Shown: in pieces, positions 53,305 through 64,000 of the stretch
How the letters are laid out: each line of letters opens with the position of its first letter
Numbering within the stretch: position 1 is the first letter of the stretch
Source of the DNA: Eledone cirrhosa
Lineage: Eukaryota
Direction: 5' to 3'
DNA length: 64,000 nucleotides
Assembly (NCBI GenBank): GCA_964016885.1
Contig: OZ024743.1
Coordinates: 20,026,001 to 20,090,000, forward strand
The notes under the pieces: generated by a model
What the model was told of the DNA's origin: nothing
Seen by the model: only the letters and a program-made list of their open reading frames with translations
The model's database searches: none
Made by a program: the position numbers and the translations under genes

Positions 53305-54032
53305 ATTTTCCTTTCCTAGGGCTAAAGACCCAGGAACGATAAAATATATATTGTTATCTGCCAGCTAGCACAGATCCAAAAGGCCGAAAAATGACCTGTA
53401 CGTGAACTACCCGAGGTTAAAGCGGGAAAAACATAGACGTGTTGTCTATCTCGTTACTAAAAATAGCAGCTAAATAGAATCAACATGATTGTTCTCAACA
53501 AATGGAGGGTGATAGAAGAAGTTAGTAAGCCCGTGGGTACTAAGTACCCCTGGAAATACATAGGTTGTCTATGATTTAAGGTTGTTCTAAGGTATCAATT
53601 TGACATACCAGAACTATAATATTAATATAAGCAGAACAAGCAAAATTCAACCAATTTTTTAAAATAAATTAAAAAATATAATTTAAATATTTACCTATTC
53701 ATATGGCTCTTACCGATCGGTTTCGCCTTATATATATATACAGTGTAATATGTTTATTTTTGAAGAGCTAGAGTTCTGTCATTGTGAACCGTTCTTAAGT
53801 TCAGTTTGGCATGTTATATCAAATAAACTTTCCAACTTTCTGTGATCTGTTTTCTTTTCCTTTATTGCAGTGCATAGTATTTATTTTATTTTGAGTCTGA
53901 TGTAATGTAGATTATGTCATTTATTTTAAGCCCAATGTAGTATAGATTACTGGTAGTAACTTATATGAATCTTAAGTAGGGGAAAGACAAAGTTGACACA
54001 TATAGTTAAGTAATGTTCCATATATATATATT

Positions 54033-54790
54033 TACTAGGCTGAGTCAAAATTGTTTTTGTATTTCAACGTTTAGTTAATAGTTTAAACAAATTAGATATG
54101 AAAAGTATTTATTCATCAAAATATATTCCATTGTATTCTATTGTCTGTTGCCATTGTTGTGCGAGAAGCTCTATTCTAAACTTTTACCATTTGGCTGGTT
54201 TAAAGGTAAAAACTGCCTGCACCCATTTTTAACATCATCCATATTGTTGAACCTATGTCCACACAGGAAATTAACCATGACATGGAAAAGATGGTAATCT
54301 GATGGTGTAAATTCCAAACTGTAGACAGTGTGAGTCAGCCCTTCCAGCCTCTCAAGTTCCTCAAGTTTACACTTGGTTACATTGGCAGTGTGTGCTGGGA
54401 TATTATCATGTTGTAAGAGTGAGCATCTTTGATTGATTAATGCTGGGTAGTGGGCTTTCAAAGCCCCATATACTCACTGCAGTTGTTGAGCATAGAAGTC
54501 AGCATTCAAATGTCCATCTGGGACAAGATCACAATGTAACACCCCTTCGAAATTCCACCAAACACACATGATATTCTGTTCAAACAACCCTTGTTTCACA
54601 ACAGGTTCTGAGGCCTAACTGGAATGAAACCACTGATTTCTCTTAATAGGATTAAGAAAATAGATACATTCTTCATCCCCAGTTACAACTAAATGCCAAA
54701 AATGGGCATCTCAAGGATTTGCCAGAAAATTATCAAATGTCGTTGAACCAGGTCATGGGTCAGTTCATGAGAAACTTCTTGGCAGCATCT
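54033..54790 (-). mobile_element. mariner (Tc1/mariner) transposon remnant
   Basis: Minus-strand motifs VVTGDE (~54680), WWNFEGV, QHDNIPAH and YSLEFTPSDYHLF (mariner YSPDLAPSDY). End TA-ctaggctgagtcaaaa resembles a mariner TIR. Stops and frameshifts present. Confidence 0.92.
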
Positions 54791-55789
54791 GTTTAAAAGG
54801 CCAAGCTTATGGGGGGTTTGATTGATGGTATTTATGAAAGGCCAACTTCTGCTTCATCAGGAAAGAGTAAATTTAGGAGAGAGAGGGGGTTGAAAGTTTG
54901 GGAAATAAAAAAAGAGGGGCCTTATCAGGTTTTCTCTGGTGATGTTACTAGTTACATAACTAGTAAGAACATTATTCAACTTAGTAACTTACTCCAGATA
55001 TTGAAAAAAGTAGAGTGGAGATATTAACTAATATATGCAAACCATATGGTCGAGCTAGAGCAGTTTCAATAGTTGAATCATTCATCCATTGAAATAGGTT
55101 AAACTTGACCATAAGGTTTACTCGATATATATCATCATGATTATCATAAATTTAGGTGTGTTTATGTGTGTGCATGTATGTGTGTGTATGTAAGTGTGTG
55201 TATGTGTCTGTGTAACAAGGAAACATAACAAGTGGCAAAAGTGCTACAGAAGACATCTAGAGAAAAATGGAATGATGGTGATGATGATGACGAGGAGGAA
55301 TTTTATACAGGAAGCAAGATATATCAGAACTTGTGAATTTCAATTTCACCATGCAGATATCTGTTAACTGTGCCAGGAATTATTACATCAATTAACTTTT
55401 GCTTAAGTCTCAATGTCAACTAAATATCGATTCTGTCTTTCAAGTGGATAGCTTTCTGATTCCTTATAAATCTAAGAATTAACTAGACTTCATATTGAAT
55501 ATAAAGTACTGAAAGCATAAGTTGTCTTAGTAAATAAGAATAGTCGCCAGAATTGGTAGTCTGGTGATAGTCTGCATTGAGAAAAGTCTGTTTACATTAA
55601 GGGAAGTATTCAAAATTAACAACTCAAACTGAGTCCTTCCTCTATATCATTTTAGAACATAGCAACATGTATGTCTTCAGTTTTTATTTCATAGTTGTCT
55701 AAGTATGAATTCTGTAATCTATTGCATTGTAATGGCAACACCTGAAGTCTATGTATTCATGCTGTGTTTCTAGAGGATTGACAGCTTGG

Positions 55790-56700
55790 TATGCTGGTTG
55801 CACTGGTCCCCATGACTCTTCTACTCCTTTCCATCTTGCTCATTGGCAAGTCCTCCAATCTGCATTCAGCATCCTCACATAGCTGTTTGGTGTATGTTCT
55901 GTGAGGCTTTCCCCACACTGAAATTCCTATGCTTTTATGTCCACTGACAATTTCTTCCTCTGTTTTCCAGCAATATCTGATTCAACTCTCTTGGATTGTG
56001 TTAGAGAGTGCAGTTAATTGGCCATAAAGCTACTTTTTTGTAGGTTGCTTGTTTATATCACATTCAGTGAAACCTGGTTTTGAGATTTTGCTTCCAGATT
56101 AGGTGAACTAGTCAACTTCTTTCTGTGGTTTATGCTAAGAGTATATCCTCCATTTGACTTTGTTAATATGGCTTTCATGATCAACAGCATGCAGTATCAC
56201 AGAAGGATGTCATCAAACTTTCTTGTTTCCTATACCTCAGGAGGAATTTCATTCAGTCCCACTACCTTTCTCTTCTTCACAGACTTCATAACTACCTCTA
56301 GAAAATGTCTTTAGAGACCTGTCTTTGGAGAATTGTCTAAGCTAAATATCCAGTTGATAGTATATAATCTTTTGTTTGGATTAGTATTGATTTCAGGAAG
56401 CTTTCAAAGAAGCTTTTTGAAGTGATCTCTCCCCAATTTTAGCCTTTCCTCCTCACTTGTGACTTTTAGTTTCAATTTCTACAATTCTTTTTTGCTGGAA
56501 AATTTGTTTACTGTCTTCCATGCCATCAAGGGTTGTTTGCTTTCAACAGAATACTCAATCTTTTCTGTTTGCTTTTGTATATATTCCTCTTTGCTGTTTT
56601 TGGTAAATAGAAGCGTGTTCTTTCTGTGCCTTGGTGAACTACTTGATACTGGTTTTATTTGGACTGCCTGGCTTCAGTTCAGATGGATGACTTTCTAAAG
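55790..56700 (-). mobile_element. Old RTE-type LINE fragment of another family, internally deleted
   Basis: Minus strand KVVGLNEIPPEV (KAxGxDxIPxE motif) at about 56230-56270 and C-terminal GKPHRTYTKQLCEDA at about 55870-55915. Confidence 0.65.
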
Positions 56701-58743
56701 AAAATAAACCGAAGGGAACATATTTCACATTAAGCTATACTTATCAGAGTATTTGAACTTGGAACTGAAAACTAAAAAGAAATACTAGTCAGTCATTTTG
56801 TTTTTCCATTATTTCCAGTTGTAAGTTTTTGCATAACTCATGGTACCTGTTCACTTCTAAATAAACAAAAATGGTGCAGTGAAGAATCTTAAAGCAGTAT
56901 TTGGTCACTAAATGTATATGCTTGTCCAACGCCTAATCATCTCAACTAACTATGACTCAGTTGGTCTCCGACAGAAGTCAAATTTCATGTTCTATATGTG
57001 AGCAATTAAACACAGTTCAAAAGACAATAGAAATAATTTATATAACTTTACATCCAGATGGACTTCTTCTCACGTGTTTTCTACTAAAAGCTGATTGCCT
57101 TCAGTTAAAAATAGATTTAGCCAGATAATAGATATATGAATAACAATCTATAGTAAAGTAATGATAGTATGTCATTAATAAGCATTACACAAAGATAAAA
57201 CAAATATGAAAGTATATATTTCATTTTATAGGTTTCCAATATTTAATGGCTGTCTATTTTTGATATAGTAGGAATAACTCAATTTAGCAACACATCTGCA
57301 CAAACACACTTATGCATGCTACATAGAGATAAGTGTGAGCATTGATACAGGAAGTGTTTGAAAGTTGTGGAATATATAGGTAGAGGATATTACGATGTTC
57401 CTTTTAAATGAATAAATGTAATTTTTTGCAGATATATATTTTGTAAAAAAACCTGTTGAATTTTAAGTAGTCTTATATTAGTACTTATATTCAATATTAA
57501 AAAAGTTAACTGGCTGACTTTTTTTTTCTTTTACTCTGTAAAAGATAGACATACAAACAAATATCTATTTTTTTTATTTCATCCATATCTTTTTAACTTA
57601 TCTTTTACCATGATTAAAGGATGAAAATATATATTCATAAAATAAAGTATGTTGGTGAAAAAAATTCTTATATAGAATAAATTTAATGATATTCATACTG
57701 AATTTTCTATAACATTTTTAATGTCACATATTTTTTAAATATATTTCTTTCTCTTGAAAATATTTCTTTCAAATTTTCTTCATAATATAGTACATGAATT
57801 TTCAACACAATCGTTCTTTTTTTTTAATATAAGATTTATTTTTATTTTTAATTACATTATCTGAAGTAATATTTTATAATAGCTAAAAATATTTCATTTT
57901 CAAAATAGGTTTAAAATATATTTACCAAATGAAATTTCTACGTTAGGTCACCATAAAAAAAAAGTATATTTAGAAACGTTTCCATCAAAAAGTCCATACA
58001 CGTTTAGATGTTAATTGAGTTTTAGAGAAAAATTCTTAAAATGAATTTTAAATCTTTTCAAATTTACAATAATGTATTCTTTCTTTTATTGTGATATCTT
58101 TGTTTTATTTTTTTTTTTTTCAGTTTCTTTTATATTATATTTAGAAATAAAGACAATATGAAAGCAATATTAATATTTCTTGTCTTGTATAAATACTTGT
58201 ACATATTTAAACTTACACATTAATATTTTTACATACATTTCAAAGACATAATTACCTCCACAAAATATACTACTGATACAAAATATTCTACTGATACTCT
58301 TATACTGATATTTACATGCTCATCTTTGAGAGTAGATTTACATCAAATATTATTTCTTCCACATGAGTTTGCATAGTAAAGGATTTAGCTTGAAATGAGC
58401 AGCTATTTATAGAGCATAAGCATATAACCAATCTCTTCAATGCATTTTTCTTCTATCTACATATGTTAAGATTAACCATCTTCAGTGAAAGTTTCCAGTA
58501 ATAATATGACCTAAATTTTGTCAAAGCTGCTTATAAAATATTTAATTTCTCTACAGAATTACATTGACTACTACAAAACCATCAATAATTACTTTACTCC
58601 TTAACAATTACACATTTGTTACTCATAACGTAAATACTGCCAACCACCAATTACCAAATACCAAAGCATTATCTTGATTAGTTGATATCATTATTGTTTG
58701 TTCCATATGCATACACATACCTTTCATCCTATACACACACACA

Positions 58744-58773
<30 letters not shown>

Positions 58774-58774
<1 letters not shown>

Positions 58775-61549
58775 CGTGACAGAGTGTCTGTTGTAAACAC
58801 TAAATCCCTCCCCCATGAAGAATGCACCTCCCAACATAGACTGATAATTAGTGACCTCATAGTCAGGACGAGACGTACGCGACAGCAGAAGAGGACTATC
58901 CCCAGGAGAAAAATATGGACGCTAAAGGACCCCACAGCCAGAAATAAATTTAAAAGCATATTACTTGATGCTTTCGACAGTAAGGAAGAGCATTTAGAGT
59001 CGTACAATATAGAGGAACAGTGGGAATTCCTGAAAGCAAACCTGCTGATGGCGGCAGACGAAGTCTGTGGCTGGAGCAGGCCAATAGGCAGGAGGAGAGA
59101 AACATGGTGGTGGAACAGTAAGGTGGAGGAGTCAATTAAGACCAAAAAGCAGGCTTGGAAAGTATGGCGGGATGGGGGAAGTAGAGAAGACTATCAAGTG
59201 GCCAGGAGGGAAGCTAGGAGACAAGTGTACTTCGCAAGAAGGGAAGCAGAGGAAAGAAAGTTCAAGCATGTTCTACAACGTGAGGACCAAAAACGTGAGG
59301 TGTTCAGGATTGCTAGGCAATATGTCAAGGAAAACCGTGAATATTGTCGGAGAGAAGTGTGTCCTTAATGATGATGGTGTACTTGCCATCACTGACGCTG
59401 ATAAGAAGGTAGCTTGGAAGTGTCACTACGAAAGGCTACTAAATGAGGAGAATAAATGGGAGAAAGACAGTCTCCCCACATCGACCCAATAGATGGACCG
59501 AAGGTAGTATAATAAGTAAGGCAATCAAAGATATGAAGACGGGTAAGGCGGCTGGGCCTTCGGAAGTAGTTGCTGAAATGCTGAAAGCTTCTGGAACGGT
59601 GGGACACACCATGGTCACCCGGATAGTAAACCAAGTCATACAGAATGGAGTTGTTCCGAAGGACTGGTGTAGCAGCATCATCATTAACTGCTACAAGGGT
59701 AAAGGAGATGCCCTAGATAGGAGTAACTATAGAGGCATTAAATTAATCGACCAGGTCATGAAGGTCACAGAAAATGTAATAGCGCAACTAATCAGAGAGA
59801 GAATTGATCTAGATGAAATGCAGTTCGGGTTTGTGTCAGGTAAAAGTACCACAGACGCTCTTTTCATTGTACGACAACTGCAGGAGAAATACCTAGCTAA
59901 AAGTAAACCCCTATACTTAGCTTTTGTCGACTTGGAGAAAGCCTTCGACAGAGTCCCCCGTTCCATTATCTGGTGGGCTCTTAGAAAACTAGGTGTTGAT
60001 GAATGGCTTGTGAGAGCTATACAAGCCATGTATAAAGAAACAGTCAGCAAGGTTAGAATTAACAACGAATATAGTGAAGAGTTTAGCGTAAAAGTTGGTG
60101 TTCATCTGGGCTCCGTTCTTAGCTCCCTACTATTTATTATTGCCCTTCAGGCTATAACAGTGGAGTTCAAGACCGGCTGCCCATGGGAACTCCTATACGC
60201 AGATGATCTAACACTCATAGCTGAATCAATGGCCGAACTAGAGAAGAAATTCCAAACATGGAAGCATGGCCTAGAATCAAAAGGCCTTAAAATTAACCTG
60301 TCTAAGACTAAAGTTCTAGTTTGTAGGAAGGAAAATAGGGCGCCGGTCCCATCTGGGAAATGGCCATGCTCAGTGTGTAGGAATGGAGTAGGTAGAAACT
60401 CCATTTTATGTCCCAAATGCAAAGTATGGGTGCATAAAAGATGTAGTGGGATCACAGGTAAGCTAACTAAGAACATAGATTTTATATGTGGCTGGTGCTC
60501 TGGTGCAATAAGTAGCAGCAAGTGCACACAGAATACTAGCTCACTCCATTGCACAGATGGTTCTATAGAAATAGTGGACAGCTTCCATTACCTGGGTGAC
60601 AAAATCAGCAGCGGGGGAGGGTGCTCTCGAAAAGTACAGTAGCTAGAGTCAGAACTGGATGGAAAAAGTTCAAAGAGCTTATACCACTATTAGCCACTAA
60701 AGGGTTCTCCCTAAAAATGAAAGGCAGGTTATATGATGCCTGCATACGTACAGCAATGTTGCATGGCAGTGAGACCTGGGCATTGTGTGCAGAGGATATA
60801 CGCAGACTGGAGAGGAACGAAGCTTGCATGCTCTGCTGGATGTGTAATAGTAATATACGTGAACGGCAAAGCATAAACGAACTAAGGGAAAAATTAGAAA
60901 TAAGAGGGATCAGATGTTGTTTACTCGAGAGAAGACTACATTGGTATGGTCACGTGATGCGCATGAAAGACGACAGCTGTATAAAAAAGTGCAGGGCAAT
61001 AAAAATAGACGGTAGCCACGGAGTAGGCAGACCCAGAAAAACCTGGGACGACTTGATAAATTCCGACCTCACACACTTACACCTCTCCAAGACAATGTCA
61101 CTGGACCGAGACCTTTGGCGCTACACAGTAATAGAGAAGACCCGCCTTACCTAAGTACAAAGTGAAACCTACTACAGTCAGTAGGCACCTCTAACAAAAT
61201 ACACCCCTGTCCCACTACCCCTACCCCATCCACACCACCCCTTTCAATGTAAAGTTATGTTGGTACCACAACATCCAGCCCGAAATAAATGAGGTCGTGT
61301 AGGTGTCATGACAAAAAAACACACAGTCCACGCTGTAATGTGGCCGTGTAGGTAACACTGTAAAAACCTCCCAGTTCCACACTGTAAATGTGGTTGGTGT
61401 TAGGAATGGCATCCAGCCGTAGAAAACCCGCCAGACAGTCCTATGCGAGCAAAACAACCACTCTTGCCTCAAGTGGGAAAACTCCCATCCAAACCCATGC
61501 AAGCGTGGAATATGGACGTTAAACGATGATGATGATGATGATGATGATG
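58774..61549 (+). mobile_element. RTE-clade LINE, 5'-truncated (subfamily C), disabled
   Basis: ORFs 58682-59368, 59443-60642 (WELLYADD, PHD) and 60621-61154 with frameshifts. Closely similar to 31452-33905. TA tracts on both sides. Confidence 0.97.
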
Positions 61550-61909
61550 ATATATATATATATAGTTTTGCGAGGTAAAAATATGAATGTGTAAGTTTAA
61601 ACAAATAAATAAATAAATAAACAGACTAAATAAAGATGGCGTAAGCATACAATGCAATGGGAGGAAACATAATAGCAACACTGACGATGTTGCAGATGTG
61701 CAACAAAAGAACTTTGATAGACTATATATAAGTGTTCGTGTCTATATTGTATCTGTATTTTTGACCGTTGATCAGTCAATGGCAACATTGAGGACCGAAT
61801 AAATTAAATTAACCGATATAAAAGACACAGAAACGAAAACCAATCAAACAGCGAGTGTGTTCTGTTATTAATTCTGGCAATATTTCACAAATACGACCCT
61901 CCCCAAGTA

Positions 61910-62001
<92 letters not shown>

Positions 62002-64000
62002 CACATCTGATTTATACATTATAATCATAGTCATTATAGGTGTATTTCTCTTGCAGTGTATTGAGACAGCCTTTCAGCATGTATAAGCTTTAAATATAGA
62101 TAATAATAAAACCTGAAATGAAAATTATTAAGACTATTATTTATTCTAATTTTATAGAAATTGAAAGGTTACTCTTTTAAAATTAAAATAAAAAGAAACT
62201 ATGCAGAATCACAATGCCCTAGAGATTAAAGCTGTTTTTCTTTTTGATTAAAAAAAAAAACATATGGTGAATTCATATATAGCCATTGGCATTGACTGTG
62301 TCTTGTTAAAGAAAATAAAATGCCATGCCTCATTTACTAGACAACAATAAATACTAAATAATAGAAATAATAACTAACTGGAGAGGATTAAATAAGATTA
62401 AAGTGCTGAGGTTGAAACTTTTCTTAATTCAATGAAAGTACATAGAATTCCATATTGTCTGAACAAACATTAAAATTCAATGGAAAATTTAAACTTCCTG
62501 TGGTGATTTTACATATTCATTTTTTAAAGATAATATTAAGATGCCATATGGTGGGACCAAGCCCAAAACTAAATGCATATGAAACAAAATTTGTAGCCAA
62601 ACAGCCATGCTTGTACTTAAATATTAATAACTTTCAGAAAGAAAAATGTCTATACTTTGCAAAAATTCCCCATCAAAGACATCTTTTGTCAGACACTCCA
62701 TCTTTCAATTTTCAAAAATGGACTGATTCATCAATCATTCTCATTAACATCAATGCCATCATCAACATCATCATCATCATCTTCCTCAACATCATCATCA
62801 TCTTCACCACCAACATCATCATCATTCTCCCTATCAGTTTTGTCATCGTCATCATCATCATCATTTAACATGTTTTCTCTGCTAGGAATCATTGGTTGTG
62901 TTGTCACAGACTGAGTAGTTCTTCAAATGTGCTGGGGATTGTATCTTACTTACATATTTTTCCAAACTCTATTGATAAACTGGGTGTCTGACATATATCT
63001 AATGCTCTCCTGAGTGTATTTTATCATGTTCCCAAAACTAGGGAAGGTGTCTTGTCTTTGACACAGCTGAAGAGTTTTCCCAGTCCTTTATTTGGCAGGT
63101 TTTCTATGGCTGGATGTCCTTACTGTCACCAAACACTTCACAGAGTTTACTAGGTATGTTTATCATAGAGATTACAAACACTAGGTAGTTTGTCTTATCT
63201 ATGACATAACTGAAAAGTCCTCCCAAATAAACATGTAATGTAATACAGTATCTAATTGCTCCTGAAGATACATAGATATGAAGAAACTAGAAAACCCTAC
63301 CACTTCATTCATGAAAGCAGCAATATTTTTGTTTCCCTATGTATCAACTCCCAAAATGTCATATCTAAATAAAGTATAAGAGAAAGCAATAAAATAGGTA
63401 CTCTGTATCTCTTTGTGTTATAAAAGATGACTAAAAGGTTTAGCAACCGCAAGGGCATCTAGCTGTAAAATATCTCAAAGCATCCCATACAACCATGCCA
63501 GTAACAAAATGCAGAGGTAAAAACAATGATCATGATGAGGAGGATGATACTGCTGGTGGTGGTAGTGGTGGTGATATAACTGATGGCAATTATATAATTT
63601 GTGAAAATTACATGATTTTAAACTTCAGTGTTCTGTTTGTCTTTCTTGCATTAATGTATTTAGCTATAGAATATTTGTTAATCATACTTCAAAACAATGT
63701 GCAAAATACTAAAATCTATTTCTAGCCAAAAATCCTTTATTATAATACTGCATTCAATTCTTTTATACAAATGCCTATTCAATCAATCTAAAAAAAATTG
63801 TGATTTGAAAATGAGCATTACAATCTAGTGTTGTAGGATTAAACAGTTAAATAAAGACTCACGCAATTCTCCAGTAATGGTAAATTTTTACATCAAAACC
63901 TATGATTTACCACATCTAATTTTAGTCACTGCTAGCTACAATATATGCCTTTAAGAATCCTCATATCCTATATTTTCCAGAGTAAAAATTCATTAATAGA

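Larger units (their letters stand above)
52551..53729 (-). mobile_element. Tandem array of 481-483-bp hammerhead-containing units (retrozyme / Penelope pLTR-like)
   Basis: Units start at 52551, 53032 and 53515 (third partial) and are almost identical. Pure (TA)n on both sides and no ORF. Confidence 0.9.

Noticed and set aside
61677-61737. aaca-CTGACGA-tgttgca(gatg)tgcaaca in a TA-flanked insert
   Set aside because: Good 5' half, but GAAA and stem III cannot be built. Left as a possible relic only.

Overview
AT-rich, repeat-saturated animal DNA, intergenic or intronic. The SINE/RTE/microsatellite mix looks like a coleoid cephalopod such as octopus (inference). I recognise no host protein-coding gene. 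The window holds about ten fragments of RTE-clade LINEs in at least three subfamilies, all with (GAT)n tails and a PHD finger inside ORF2 and none intact. It also holds many tRNA-derived SINEs, a mariner remnant, piggyBac-type MITEs and a 3.9-kb GAT-derived satellite. The main signal not explained by the ORF track is a set of mutually unrelated non-coding elements inserted in (TA)n tracts. Each carries a minimal type I hammerhead ribozyme with a palindromic stem III, mostly about 30-200 nt from its apparent 3' end. They occur as a 481-483 bp tandem array (52.5-53.7 kb), as long fold-backs (34.9-37.3, 46.3-47.8, 45.0-45.5 and 37.3-37.8 kb) and as solo stubs. This matches the grammar of non-autonomous Penelope-like elements or retrozymes. 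All folds were made by eye and none has been tested.
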